A stretch of 64,000 bases of DNA from Pirellulales bacterium (GTDB lineage Bacteria; Planctomycetota; Planctomycetia; Pirellulales; PALSA-1355), in NCBI GenBank assembly GCA_963733035.1, contig CAVTBU010000009.1, forward strand, positions 224,001 through 288,000, read 5' to 3'. Position numbers and translations under genes: made by a program. A model generated the notes under the pieces. It had not been told where the DNA came from, searched no databases, and worked only from the letters and a program-made list of their open reading frames with translations. Positions within the stretch are counted from its first letter, which is position 1. Each line of letters begins with the position of its first letter. Shown here piece by piece: positions 29,543-40,466 of the stretch.

Positions 29543-31522
29543 TTACTCGCCCGCTTGGGGGGACACTTTCGTTGGCAACTGCCAGCACTCGTCGAAGAAC
29601 CCCGCAGCGACGACACGCCCCGGGTGCTCGGCGTCGGGAGCAAGGCGGACATCAACAATCGCCCAATCTCCCAGCTTCGGATTCTGCAGCGAATTCGTTC
29701 GATCGTGAGCCTCGCGATGCGTGGGCCCGCTGTTCAGGACTAAGTATTTCCGTGGATTGAGCGGGTTTGGATAGATCGCCAGCGGAATGCAGATATCCCG
29801 GTCGCAACGATGCCCGCCCAGCGTGAAGTCGGCATCCACCCAACGGATGGGAAGCCGGCTTGCGACTTCGCGCAAAATGCTGTTCGACCGCGGATCGCCC
29901 CAGCAGATCAGGTGGTATTTCTCACAATCGCTCGGCTTCAGGTCCACGTCACGTACGGTGCGCGGCTCGCCACGGTAGACGTTCTTCCAGCGCTTGCGAA
30001 AGTGCTCGAGTTCGAACGCAACCCAGCGATCAATCTGGGGAGACGAGTCGCCGGTAGGAACGACAACCAAGAACGGCTCGAGAAAGATGTCGTCGATCGG
30101 ACCCTGCAAGCCGGGGCGTTTGCGGAGCTGGCCGCCGCCGAGCGGCCGCGCCGGGACCCACGTTTCCCCGTCTCGCTCGTACACGAGTGGCCCGTCGCTG
30201 ACGAGCACGGCCTGACCATCGATCATGAGTTGTTTGGGCTGCTCGGGGGGCTCCAAGCGCAGTTTGCGAATGTTTCTGGTGACCACGACCAGCCGATCGT
30301 CATCGGTGTAGCGAGTGTCGATACGACTGTCCTGCCAGTGCCGGTCAAGTTCCAGTGCCTCGATCCAATGCATGCGCGGGTAGCGGAGGGTTTGCGTCTG
30401 CAAGGAGAGCTGGCGCAAGGCCGGATTGCGGCCTTCCGCGACGGCCGCGTGCATCCGCTGCATGACCTCGGCCAACACGGCCGGATCGTATTTGTGTCCC
30501 ATGCCCGGCCCGATCAAATGCACCAGCTCGTGTCCCTCCTGACGGAAGGCCTCGGCCATGAAGTCGGCGGCGTCCTTTTGTTTGTCGACTTCGCCGCTGT
30601 AGGCCACAACCGGCAGGTTAAACAAATTGCGCACGTATTTCGGCACGTCGTACACGTTCCACATTTTCTGTTCGTAGGTAGGCGGATATTGCTCAGGCGA
30701 GAGCTTCTGATAGCGTTTCACGTCGACAAATCCAGCCCCCGCGTGCACGGCGGCAAACTGATCGGCGTAGTGGGCGCCAATGTGCCACGCGCCGGCGCCA
30801 CCCATCGAGAAACCCATCAACACAATCCGGTCTCGATCGATCGGATAGCTATCGCAGACCGAGTCGATCGCTTCGAACACGTCGATTTCCGCCGTGCTCT
30901 TCCAGCCGATGCAACTGCGGCCAAATGGGTGCAGCACGATGGCATCGTCCGGTCGAATCTGACCCGGCTTGCTGCTGCGTTCCGCAATAAACTGGAGGTC
31001 GGCCAGTTTGTCGTTGCGGCCGTGCAACCAGACGTATAGCGGCACGGGTTTCGACAAGTCGAGATCCGCGGGAATCACCAGTCCATAGGGTTGAGGCGAG
31101 CCGTCGACCTTCGATCGGTAGCCACGAACAATCGTCCCGCTTTGGGTTGCCCAAGGCGACTGCCCCGCCGCCAAGTCTTCAAGCCTTCGTTGGGCGGTCG
31201 ACAGTAAATCTCCCGCAGTCTCGATGTCCTGTGGTTTGAAGAACTCCGATTCTTCCAAGGCGAAGCGCAGGGCCTTGAGATAAATATCGACGTCGATAAC
31301 GAGCGAAGCCATTGCGTCTGATAGATCGCCCGCCCGCAGCGCGTCACGCTGCTTTTCGAGTCGTTCAAGGTGCTTTGTCAGTCGTTGGCGATCGTCAGCC
31401 GGAACTTCGATCCCCGCCGGGGGCAAATGTCGTTGAATCGGCTGCCAGGGTTCGGCCGCACACCGTGGCGCGGCGACGATCGCGCACACCGTCAGTAACA
31501 GGGCCTTGAGTCGTGCCGTCAT
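29543..31522 (-). CDS. Secreted prolyl-oligopeptidase-like alpha/beta hydrolase
   Basis: Signal peptide, YRSKVDGSPQPYGL, VWLHGR, GFSMGG, YSGEVD, GMGH. Confidence 0.85.
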   Translation of the reverse strand: MTARLKALLLTVCAIVAAPRCAAEPWQPIQRHLPPAGIEVPADDRQRLTKHLERLEKQRDALRAGDLSDAMASLVIDVDIYLKALRFALEESEFFKPQDIETAGDLLSTAQRRLEDLAAGQSPWATQSGTIVRGYRSKVDGSPQPYGLVIPADLDLSKPVPLYVWLHGRNDKLADLQFIAERSSKPGQIRPDDAIVLHPFGRSCIGWKSTAEIDVFEAIDSVCDSYPIDRDRIVLMGFSMGGAGAWHIGAHYADQFAAVHAGAGFVDVKRYQKLSPEQYPPTYEQKMWNVYDVPKYVRNLFNLPVVAYSGEVDKQKDAADFMAEAFRQEGHELVHLIGPGMGHKYDPAVLAEVMQRMHAAVAEGRNPALRQLSLQTQTLRYPRMHWIEALELDRHWQDSRIDTRYTDDDRLVVVTRNIRKLRLEPPEQPKQLMIDGQAVLVSDGPLVYERDGETWVPARPLGGGQLRKRPGLQGPIDDIFLEPFLVVVPTGDSSPQIDRWVAFELEHFRKRWKNVYRGEPRTVRDVDLKPSDCEKYHLICWGDPRSNSILREVASRLPIRWVDADFTLGGHRCDRDICIPLAIYPNPLNPRKYLVLNSGPTHREAHDRTNSLQNPKLGDWAIVDVRLAPDAEHPGRVVAAGFFDECWQLPTKVSPQAGE

Positions 31523-31541
31523 GGATAACCTCACCGAATCT

Positions 31542-31582
31542 AAAAAAAGAGGCCGGTTACCGTTTCCAGTAACCGGCCTCTT
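31542..31582 (-). terminator. Intrinsic terminator after the Gfo/Idh/MocA gene
   Basis: Perfect 14-bp stem AAGAGGCCGGTTAC/GTAACCGGCCTCTT with a T-tract on the minus strand. Confidence 0.88.
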
Positions 31583-31618
31583 GGCATGACAAATCTACGC
31601 TTCGAGACCGCGACCGAC

Positions 31619-32965
31619 TCAGACGACCTTGGTCAGGCCGGGGACTGGAAGCTGATACATTCCATTGGAATCGGGCAGGGACTTCGGCGTGGCGTCGAAG
31701 GAAAATTCTTCCGGCGCCAGGCTGATGTTCGAGGCAAGGGCATCATCCCAACTGATCTCCTTGCCCGAGTAGGTGCACATCCGGCCAAGAATCGCGGTCA
31801 TCGTGCTCTTAGCGCCGTACTCGGCTTCGTTGTACGGCTGACCGTTGCGGATGCTGGCGAACAGGTCGTCGTGCTCGACCTGGTAAGGGTCGGGCCGGTC
31901 GCCACGGTAGCGCCACGAGTCGCTGCCGGTGGGGTTGATCCTAGCGCCGCTGATGTCTGCGGTGCCATTGGTGCCAATGGCGTGCTCCGAAACGCTATTC
32001 CAGCAGCCTGGGATATGACGGCACTGGCTGAACATCCGCGAGCCGTCGGCATACTCGAACTCGACGGCATGATGGTCGAACGTCTCGCCGTAGTCTTTTC
32101 CCTTGCGGACCTGGCAACCGCCCATGCCGTTGGCTTTGACGGGAAAGCCGTTCTTGAGCCAATTGCCGACGTCCATGTTGTGGATGTGCTGCTCGACGAT
32201 GTGATCGCCACAAATCCAGGCGAAGTAGTACCAATTGCGCATCTGGTATTCCATCTCGGTCAGCTTGTGGCCGAACTTCGCTTCGAGGTCCTCGCGGGTG
32301 TGAACCCAGGGAGTCGAGCCGTTCCAGTAGACTCGAGTGGCCACGATGTCGCCGATAGCGCCATCCTGCAATCGTTTGATGGTTTCCAGGTACTGGGCCT
32401 GATGGCGGCGCTGCAGACCGACGCCGACGGATAGATTCTTCTTTTTCGACTCCTCGGCGGCTGCCAACACCTTGCGAACGCCGGGAGCGTCGGTGGCCAC
32501 CGGCTTCTCCATGAACACGTGCTTGCCGGCGTTCACCGCGGCTTCGAAGTGATAAGGGCGGAAGCCCGGCGGCGTGGCGAGGATGACCAGGTCCGGGCCA
32601 GCGTCCAGCGCCTGTTGATATGCATCGAAACCGATAAAGCGACGTTCCTTGGGCACGTCGAGCCGATCCTTGATCGATCCCTGCTTTTCGAGCTGCTGAT
32701 AGCTTCCCTCGAGTCGATCTTCGAAAACGTCGGCCATGGCGATCAGCTTCACCTTGCCCGAGGTGCGCAGCGCCTGGTTTGTCGCCCCAGTGCCGCGTCC
32801 GCCGCAACCAATCAGCGCGATCTTGATCTCGTCATCGCCGGCCGCGTAGGCGCTTCTGGCGATCGAAAGGTTCGTGGCCAGCGCGCCACCCACGATAGCG
32901 GCCGTCGAGCCTTTCAGAAAATCGCGCCGGGCTACCGGCGAGTCGCTTCGGGAGGGTTCGCTCAT
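31619..32965 (-). CDS. Tat-exported Gfo/Idh/MocA oxidoreductase
   Basis: ARRDFLK Tat motif, IGCGGRG, ATPPGFR, HVFMEKP, EQHIHNMD. Confidence 0.92.
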   Translation of the reverse strand: MSEPSRSDSPVARRDFLKGSTAAIVGGALATNLSIARSAYAAGDDEIKIALIGCGGRGTGATNQALRTSGKVKLIAMADVFEDRLEGSYQQLEKQGSIKDRLDVPKERRFIGFDAYQQALDAGPDLVILATPPGFRPYHFEAAVNAGKHVFMEKPVATDAPGVRKVLAAAEESKKKNLSVGVGLQRRHQAQYLETIKRLQDGAIGDIVATRVYWNGSTPWVHTREDLEAKFGHKLTEMEYQMRNWYYFAWICGDHIVEQHIHNMDVGNWLKNGFPVKANGMGGCQVRKGKDYGETFDHHAVEFEYADGSRMFSQCRHIPGCWNSVSEHAIGTNGTADISGARINPTGSDSWRYRGDRPDPYQVEHDDLFASIRNGQPYNEAEYGAKSTMTAILGRMCTYSGKEISWDDALASNISLAPEEFSFDATPKSLPDSNGMYQLPVPGLTKVV

Positions 32966-33036
32966 GGTCGGGTCTCCAATTCCAATGCTGGTAAGGGGGA
33001 ATGTGATGATTGGCCTCATGAAAAGAATGCCGCGGC

Positions 33037-34143
33037 CTACTCGTAGGCGCCGACATCCCATAACTTCGCTTTTTCCTCGGCCGTTGGCGTTTCCAAGGGC
33101 CGAACCACGCGGAAACCAAGAAACAAGGCGTCGGTCAAATACCAAATGCTCTGTGGCAGCTGAGGATCCTGTTGTTTCCAGTCACGGCTCGAACCGCGGC
33201 GAGCGGCGCTGCGGAGCGCTTCAGGATCGTCGTCCCACGACCCGCCGCGCACAGCCTTGGGATAAAGCTTCGTCGCCGCGATCCAGGGATTCAACGTGAC
33301 CTTGCCGGCGAATTGTTCGTAAAAATCGGGCACGTACTGGTCGAGCGTCCACTCGCAAACGTTGCCATGCATGTCGTGCAGTCCCCAGGCATTGGGTTTC
33401 TTGAGGCCGACTCTGTGGTACTTGTCTTCACTGTTGTCGAAATACCAGGCGTATTCACCGAGTTGTTCGACGTCGTCGCCAAACGAGTAAGCGGTTTTCG
33501 ATCCCGCACGGCAGGCATATTCCCATTCGGCTTCGGTCGGCAGGCGGTAGTAGCGGCCGGTCTTCGCGCTTAGCCAGCGGCAATAGCTCTTGGCGGCGTG
33601 CTGCGTCATGCAGATGGCCGGAAAGCCCTCCTTTCCCATGCCAAACGTCATATCCGTGTACGGCTTGGTGGGCCGCGTGTAGGCGTCGGCCATTTTCTCG
33701 CGATCGGTCGGCTCGACCTTGTTCAACTCGCGGCGTTGAATGTCGAGGTTGAACGTCCAGATTTCGTACTCGTTCCAGGTGACCTCGCACTTGCCCATCC
33801 AGAAGGGCTTGATTTCGACCTCGTGCTGAGGGCCTTCATCCTCGCCTCGTCCTTCCTCGTCGTCGGGACTGCCCATCGTGAATGTGCCACCGGGAATGGG
33901 AACCATCTCGAACGTGACGTCACCGTTGACGACTACCTCGGTATACGGCTTCATGGCGTCGGGTGTGGCAGCGTCTGAATCTTTGACTTCCACCTTGGGC
34001 AGCTTGGCACCATCGACCGCCACGGTGGTCGATTCTTCGCCGCGGGCCCGGCCGCTTGGCAGAACCACAAGTGCCAATCCAAGCATGAAACATCCAACCG
34101 GCAACATTTGCTTTGCCGGCAGTGTGGGAACTACGCTAGGCAT
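33037..34143 (-). CDS. SUMF1/FGE-sulfatase-fold protein, secreted, lacking the FGE catalytic cysteines
   Basis: [57 protein letters not shown]. Confidence 0.9.
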   Translation of the reverse strand: MPSVVPTLPAKQMLPVGCFMLGLALVVLPSGRARGEESTTVAVDGAKLPKVEVKDSDAATPDAMKPYTEVVVNGDVTFEMVPIPGGTFTMGSPDDEEGRGEDEGPQHEVEIKPFWMGKCEVTWNEYEIWTFNLDIQRRELNKVEPTDREKMADAYTRPTKPYTDMTFGMGKEGFPAICMTQHAAKSYCRWLSAKTGRYYRLPTEAEWEYACRAGSKTAYSFGDDVEQLGEYAWYFDNSEDKYHRVGLKKPNAWGLHDMHGNVCEWTLDQYVPDFYEQFAGKVTLNPWIAATKLYPKAVRGGSWDDDPEALRSAARRGSSRDWKQQDPQLPQSIWYLTDALFLGFRVVRPLETPTAEEKAKLWDVGAYE

Positions 34144-34238
34144 AGAGGATCCTTTAGAACAATTAAGTCGGGGCCGCCGCAGACGAACTCTCTCGGTGTG
34201 CCGCAGACGCCAAACCGAGTCGAGAATTGCGAAACGCG

Positions 34239-35291
34239 ATGAATCGAGTGCTGGGTGCCTTGTTGTGGGGAGTCGTCCTCGCTCTGAGCGGAGCGGCTGG
34301 TGCCGCCGGGCCGGAGGCCGAATTGGAGCGATTCCAATCCACTCAAATCGAGATGGGGGTGCCTTTTAAGATCATATTGTACGCACCCGACAAACTCACT
34401 GCAAAGGGTGCATTGGACGCGGCATTTTCGCGCATCAACAAGTTAAATGCCGTGCTTAGCGATTACGACAGCCAGAGCGAACTCAGCCGCTTGAGCACCG
34501 GCGCACCCACGGCGAAACCCGTGCCGCTGAGCCCCGATTTGTGGACGGTGTTGACCCGATCACAATCGCTGGCCCGGCAAACGGGCGGCGCATTCGACGT
34601 GACCGTCGGTCCCTACATTCGGCTTTGGCGGCGCGCACGCAGGCAAAACCAAATGCCCTCACCCGAGCGAATGGCCGAGGCCGCCGCAGCAGTCGGCCAT
34701 CGCCACCTCGTGCTCGATGCCGAGCGGCACACCGCCCGGCTGCTCGTGCCCCACATGCGGCTCGACTTGGGTGGAATTGCAATGGGCTACGCCGTGGATG
34801 AAGCGCTGGGGGTACTTCGCGAGCGGGGAGTTACACGAGCGCTCGTCGACGCCAGCGGCGATATTGGCGTTGGAGATCCGCCACCGGGAAAGGCCGGCTG
34901 GACGATCGGAGTGGTGCCGCTCTCGGCCGACGGCACACCCACGCGCGAAATCGAACTGGCTGGCGCCGCCATAACAACGTCGGGCGACGCCTTCCAGCAC
35001 GTCGTCATCGACGGCAAGCGCTACTCGCACATCGTCGATCCCCACACCGGCCTAGGGCTGACGGACCAAAGCGGTGTGACCGTGATCGCCAGAGACTGCA
35101 TCACGGCCGACAGTCTTGCAACGACAGTTAGCGTGCTCGGACCGAAAGCCGGACTAAAGCTGGTCGAATCAACACCCGATGCGGCTGCATTCATCGTGCG
35201 GAACGACAACGGCCGGATCGAGATCTTCGAATCACAGCGATTCAGGTCGTTCGAAGTCCCCGAAACAGACGCTCAGCGACCTCGAAAGTAG
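34239..35291 (+). CDS. apbE: FAD:protein FMN transferase
   Basis: [51 protein letters not shown]. Confidence 0.93.
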   Translation: MNRVLGALLWGVVLALSGAAGAAGPEAELERFQSTQIEMGVPFKIILYAPDKLTAKGALDAAFSRINKLNAVLSDYDSQSELSRLSTGAPTAKPVPLSPDLWTVLTRSQSLARQTGGAFDVTVGPYIRLWRRARRQNQMPSPERMAEAAAAVGHRHLVLDAERHTARLLVPHMRLDLGGIAMGYAVDEALGVLRERGVTRALVDASGDIGVGDPPPGKAGWTIGVVPLSADGTPTREIELAGAAITTSGDAFQHVVIDGKRYSHIVDPHTGLGLTDQSGVTVIARDCITADSLATTVSVLGPKAGLKLVESTPDAAAFIVRNDNGRIEIFESQRFRSFEVPETDAQRPRK

Positions 35292-36823
35292 CGCCGCAGG
35301 ATGTAAGCCTGCATCGGACCAGACATCTTCGAGAGTTCGCGGCGAGACAAGAAGCCGTTCTTATCGCGATCAAACGGAATCAGTCGGCGGGCAAGATCGT
35401 CGGAGATCGGGATGCCCCGCTCGGGAAAGCGCGGCCCCACGCCTTGGTCGGTTACCGGCGCGAGCGCGGGCTCTTCGTCATCCAGCGGAATGCCTCCCTC
35501 CAAACCCACAGCAAGTTCGTAGCCGGGCATCTTGGCAATTTCCGCCAGGTCCTCGGGGCGATCGGTGTAGACCTGCACGCCGCAGAGACACATTTCGTCG
35601 GTCGATTGTTCCCCCCATTGAACTTCGCGCGGCGGATGGTGAGGATTCTTGGGATTGTTTTCCGAGTTGTCGTAAATGGCCTGCAGACAAATGACCGACC
35701 CCTTCGGTAACCGCACCGGTTCTGCGAAGCGATAAGTCCCTTGCCAATCGAAGTCCCAGTCCTTGATCCAGATCAGCGGCAACTGTTGGCCGCCGGGGAG
35801 CCGCGGTGACCTTGAATTGCCGCCCCAAATCGTGCATGTGCGGCGAGACGCCCAGCACATTGACGTCGACCGGCAGCGGAACGCACCGCGTTCTCACATC
35901 GCAATGCGCCTTGCCGGCCGGCAGCCGCAGTAGTGGCTGCGTGACGGCAATTCCCGTGACGACTTTCTTCGTCGGCGTCTTGGCAAAGTAGATGCCCACG
36001 CGTGACTGATCGGTCTCGGGCTTGCCGGTGGGATGGTAGTGGACCTGCAAAACCAGATCGCTCCCCTTTTTGAAGTACTTGGCCATTCCGTCGGGAAGAT
36101 GGCGCGTCATGGTGCCGGGCACCCAGGCGCCAAGCCCGCCGGTTGGCTTGACGCCGGCTCCACCGTAAGAGCGATAGCCGGGCTGCCCGTCGCGGCCGTC
36201 GAGTTTCGCGCGGCGTGGTTGGCATCGAGGAACATGACCGCGTGGTGCACCACGCCACGATTGCCGGGCCGGAATTCCGCGGCGCTGATCATGCGATCTT
36301 CGTCAATCGGCATCGGGATGACAAAACAGCGGTAGACGTCGCGGCCATCGGCCGGGATGTTAAAGGGGGTCGGCATCTGCACGATCAAGTCCGGCTCGCC
36401 CAGCTGCCAGCCCTCGTGGAACTCGGGCGGCTCGGGCAAGTGCGTCGGATCGCCTTCGGGCGCTCCCGCGGCCACCCAGCGGTTGATCAGCACCAACTGC
36501 TCATCAGAAAGCCGACGTTCGTCATGAAACTCGATGACTCCGGGCTCGGGTTTCCAAGGAGGCATCCGCCGATCGTGCGTGATCTGCTTGAGAAAACTGG
36601 CCCGTTTTACAGCGTCCTGATACGTGAGCAATGAGAACGGAGCGACTTCGCCGGGACGATGACAAGTCGCGCAGTTTTCCCACAGAATAGGCGCGATGTG
36701 TTTGGAAAACGTGACCGGTTCGGAAGAATCTTCCGTGGCAAAGCCCGGACTCATGAAGCTCCAAACCAAAAAACAACCGAGCAGAGGGCGCAGAGCGAGT
36801 GTCTGCGATCGCGACACCATCAT
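35273..36823 (-). CDS. Cytochrome c-copper type II (PHM/DBH-like) monooxygenase with C-terminal EF-hand-like motif (frameshifts at ~36206 and ~35803)
   Basis: Signal peptide, CATCHRPG, MPPW, VVHHA, LQVHYH, PHMHDLG, WDFDWQ, DEMC, DRDKNGFLSRRE, spread over three frames. Confidence 0.82.
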
Positions 36824-37088
36824 GGCGAGCTGGCTTCCTTCCGTCGTTCCGAAGCGATTGGTTCCGCCTGAGACAAACCGCTGGAATGCCTCCTGCCTTC
36901 CGGCCGCAAAAGGTCGAAGCAACGCGAGGGTTCGCTTCGCAGCAGCGAATGATCTGTTCCACGGAAGGGCGAGGTCAGCCTAACGGATATCCGTCGCCGC
37001 GCAAATCCCTCGATCAGCGGAAACGAGGATTGACTCGTGGATAGCGCGAGTTATGCCGAAACGCGCAATCGCCAACGTGAGGTTCTCG

Positions 37089-38663
37089 TTAACGATCGCG
37101 CGCTTCGGCAACTCGTTGTCCGAGCGCGCTTGCAAGTTCTGCGAATACAGGCTGCCATACATTGAACGTCGATTGTCGAAACAGCCGTAGCGACGGATAC
37201 CAAGGTGTCTGGCTGCCGTGCAATGTCCATCGCCAATCGGGCGAGTACTGTAGGGGAACCCAACATGTCACGCCCAATCCGCCGGCCAGGTGCACGATCG
37301 ACGTGTCGACCGCAATCACCAGGTCGAGATGTTGCATGATTGCCGCGGTATCCATAAAGGCACCACCCGATTCGTCGACGCTCGCGCCCAAGTCGCACAC
37401 TTCGAATGCGCCACCAATTCCGGCGAGCTCGCCGCAGGCGTAACCTTTTTGCAGGCTCACCAAGCGCACGCCGGAGATTCCGGCTAACGCGGCGAACGTC
37501 TGCAGCGGCACGGAGCGGAAACGATCGTGCGGATGGTCCGAGTTTCCAGCCCACGCAATGCCCACGCGAAATCCCTCAAGCTGACGGACCGGCGCCTCCC
37601 ACGCGGAGACACGCCGAGGATCGGCTGAGAGGTAGTTTCCTCCCCAGTGGGGGCGGCCATTCGCGTCGGGCACGAAGGCGGGCAGGCTCAAAAGCGGGCA
37701 TTGCAGGTCGCATGCGACTTCCTGGTTGGGATCCGTGAGCCAGCGACTGAAACCTGACGTTCGTAGCAGTGGCAGAAGCGGTGGTTGCACGAGGAGACGC
37801 ACGACCCCGCCGAATTGCTCGACCAGCGGGGCATATCGAACGAATTGCAGGGTGTCGCCCAGTCCTTGTTCAGCGTGCAGCAAGACGGTTCGGCCCGCGA
37901 GCGGCTCTCCCCGCCACCGAGGCTGGGTCGTGGGGTGCGCGGCGAAGCCGTCGCACTCGGTCCGATACTCCCACTCTGGCCAGCCTCGTGCAAAATCGCC
38001 CTGCGCCAGACAAACCATTCCTCGGTTCCGGCGAGCCTCCGGGTAGATTGATCGCACCTCCAGCGCACGACTGAAACACTCCAGCGCCGCATCCATCTCC
38101 GCTCCGTCGTAATACGCGACGCCGAGCTTGCACCATGCGGCGGCGTCTTGTGGCTGCAACTCGATTGCGCGACGGTAGCCGGCCGCGGCTTCCTCCAAAC
38201 GTCCCACTTCCAAAAGCAGGTTGGCACGGTTGAAATGCCCGTTGGCGTAGTCGCCGCGCAGGGCCAGGGCCGCGTCAAACGCCGCCAACGCATCCTGCTC
38301 CTGTCCGGCATCCTTCAGAGCCAGCGCGAGGTTGTTGTACAGCTCGGGAGTCGCAGCACCGGAGGACATGGCTCGACGAAAACATTCGGCAGCGTCACCT
38401 GCTCTCTTCCGTTGCCGGTAGGCGAGCCCTAGATTGCTCAGGAAGGCCGCGCTTTGGGGATTGAGCGTGACGGTGCGCTCGAGAAATTGTTGCGCCGCGT
38501 CTGGCTTTCCGGCCTGCAACTGCAGCAGGCCCATCTCATGCCAGAGCTCGGGAACCTGCGGCGCGGCGGCCAGCAGTTGCCGGTAGATCGACTCGGCTTC
38601 GGCAAAACGCCCACTGGCGAGCGCCTGTCGCGCGAGACTCAACGCTTCGGCAAATGTGGCCAA
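37089..38663 (-). CDS. TPR-repeat protein with C-terminal GT-B (GT9-like) domain
   Basis: About six TPRs, EQGLGDTLQFVRY, VGIAWAG, DLVIAVDTSIVHLAGGLG, DWRW, PWYPS. Confidence 0.9.
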   Translation of the reverse strand: MATFAEALSLARQALASGRFAEAESIYRQLLAAAPQVPELWHEMGLLQLQAGKPDAAQQFLERTVTLNPQSAAFLSNLGLAYRQRKRAGDAAECFRRAMSSGAATPELYNNLALALKDAGQEQDALAAFDAALALRGDYANGHFNRANLLLEVGRLEEAAAGYRRAIELQPQDAAAWCKLGVAYYDGAEMDAALECFSRALEVRSIYPEARRNRGMVCLAQGDFARGWPEWEYRTECDGFAAHPTTQPRWRGEPLAGRTVLLHAEQGLGDTLQFVRYAPLVEQFGGVVRLLVQPPLLPLLRTSGFSRWLTDPNQEVACDLQCPLLSLPAFVPDANGRPHWGGNYLSADPRRVSAWEAPVRQLEGFRVGIAWAGNSDHPHDRFRSVPLQTFAALAGISGVRLVSLQKGYACGELAGIGGAFEVCDLGASVDESGGAFMDTAAIMQHLDLVIAVDTSIVHLAGGLGVTCWVPLQYSPDWRWTLHGSQTPWYPSLRLFRQSTFNVWQPVFAELASALGQRVAEARDR

Positions 38664-38882
38664 CTTGCGACTCCCATACAGTTTGAAACGCGCCCCCCGC
38701 CCACTGCTTTTGACTAACCAAGGGAGGGGCGTAGAATTCGATAAGAGAAGATAGCGCCGCGCTCTATCGCCCCTCGGCAGCTTGAGTCATCGCAGGCGGA
38801 ATAGCAAATTTCGCGGACCGGACATCTCACGGTTGCGCGTTCCGATTTCCAACTGATTGACAGCTTTGAGGGAGCCGTGGCC

Positions 38883-39269
38883 ATGTCGACAATACAGCGC
38901 ATTCTACTTGCCGACCCCGATGAGGGCCTGCTCGGCATATACGCCGACAGTTTGCGAGAGGCGGGATTTCACGTTTGCACTGCGACCGACGCGCTAACGT
39001 GCGTCGAGCGACTCAAGAATTTCGATCCCGACCTCCTCGTGCTCGAGCCGATGATCCCGTGGGGGCAGGGGGAAGGGATACTCAGCTTCATGCGTGAGGA
39101 AGCCGACGTGCCGCTGGTCCCCGTGATCGTGCTAACCTGCGGAACGGACCTCTTGGAAGACTATCAACTTCCGCAGTTTCCGGTGCTTGAGCGCCATCAG
39201 AAACCATTGTCGCCACCGGCGTTGTTGGCCTCCGTCAGGCACCTGACCAGCACCACGGCAGAGCGCTGA
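38883..39269 (+). CDS. Atypical single-domain receiver (phosphoacceptor Asp replaced by Glu)
   Basis: ILLADPD, PDLLVLEPMIP, VPVIVLT, HQKP. Confidence 0.78.
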   Translation: MSTIQRILLADPDEGLLGIYADSLREAGFHVCTATDALTCVERLKNFDPDLLVLEPMIPWGQGEGILSFMREEADVPLVPVIVLTCGTDLLEDYQLPQFPVLERHQKPLSPPALLASVRHLTSTTAER

Positions 39270-39278
39270 AACGCCAAC

Positions 39279-40430
39279 CTAACGCGTCGGCCGCTCTTGT
39301 TCGGGCATGGCCGCAATCCACTCGCGCACCAGCTCGACGCCTTCTTTGTGAACCATCCTCTTGCCGAGTTCCGGCATCATGATGCCAGCGTCGCTCGACA
39401 GCAGGCGGAAGATGAAGATCGAGTCCTCGGGATGCCCGGGAACGATATCAAACAGAAATCCGCCAGATCCGCGGCCGGCTGCCACGGCGGTCTTGTAGAT
39501 GCCGAACTTGCGCGGCTCGACTTGCGCCACGCGCAGGTCCAACCCAGAATTTCGCGCGGGGCCGATTGGATTGTGGCAGTGCGCACAGTTGATTTCCAAC
39601 CAGGCTCGAGCACGCTCATCCAGGGTACCGGAGTCGGGATCGTTCCACACGGCAAGTCGCGGGGCATCTTGCGGTTTTGGCGCGTCCTTGAGCGCGCCGA
39701 CTCGCGTCCAATGTGCCAACTGGTTCTCGAGGCCATCGGCGTACGCAAAGTCCTTGTTCAAGTGCCGGGCCTTGGGACCCAACGGCTGCATGTCGTCGCC
39801 CTGCTTGTGGCAACCCTTGCACTGATTGGCGTTGGGAATGATGTAGTTGTTTGATTGCTTCTCGCCGTGCTCGTCGATCCAACTCACGTCGATCAACTCG
39901 CCGGCGACCTGCCGAGTGGCTTCGGTTTGCTCGTCGTTCCAGATGTACGGAATGCCCACCCAGCCGTCCGCCTCGCGTTTCAGGATGCGGGTTTCGAGCA
40001 GACGGCGGCCAAGTTTTGGATCGCGGGCATCCACCGGGTAACCAAACGTCTTGGCGATCACCGTGCCGACCGGAAAGTCGAGCGCTTCCACGTCGCGATA
40101 TTCGGCCGCCTGCCCGGCCGGCAGCTTCACGAAGCGAAACTTGTCGGCGTAGTCGGTGAAAAGCGGTGAATTGAGATCGTATGGAATGACCCCGTCGGCG
40201 GCCTCTTGTGTGCTGCCGTTCCCGACAAACAGGCCATACTCGGAGAGCTTCTCGAACTGCTCCGCAACGGGTTTCACCTCCGTACGGCTGGTACAACCTG
40301 GCGCCAGTACGAGAGCGACCGACAACATGCCCGCCAGAGCGGCCGCGCATACGGCAACCCGCCTGGACTCAGCAAGCACAGGCGAGAGGATGGTGCCTCT
40401 CGCCTGTGTGATCGAACAAAACTTTCGCAT
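39279..40430 (-). CDS. SO2930/HNE_0200-like diheme c-type cytochrome (start uncertain)
   Basis: KLSEYGLF, YDLNSPLFTDYA.K.RF, FPVGTVIAKTF, CKGCH, NCAHCH, MMPELG. Confidence 0.87.
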   Translation of the reverse strand: MRKFCSITQARGTILSPVLAESRRVAVCAAALAGMLSVALVLAPGCTSRTEVKPVAEQFEKLSEYGLFVGNGSTQEAADGVIPYDLNSPLFTDYADKFRFVKLPAGQAAEYRDVEALDFPVGTVIAKTFGYPVDARDPKLGRRLLETRILKREADGWVGIPYIWNDEQTEATRQVAGELIDVSWIDEHGEKQSNNYIIPNANQCKGCHKQGDDMQPLGPKARHLNKDFAYADGLENQLAHWTRVGALKDAPKPQDAPRLAVWNDPDSGTLDERARAWLEINCAHCHNPIGPARNSGLDLRVAQVEPRKFGIYKTAVAAGRGSGGFLFDIVPGHPEDSIFIFRLLSSDAGIMMPELGKRMVHKEGVELVREWIAAMPEQERPTR

Positions 40431-40466
40431 GATACACGCGTCGGCACGCGGGGTGCCGCTCTCGAA

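Noticed and set aside
33037..34143. True formylglycine-generating enzyme
   Set aside because: The catalytic cysteine pair after RGGSW is absent and no sulfatase is adjacent.
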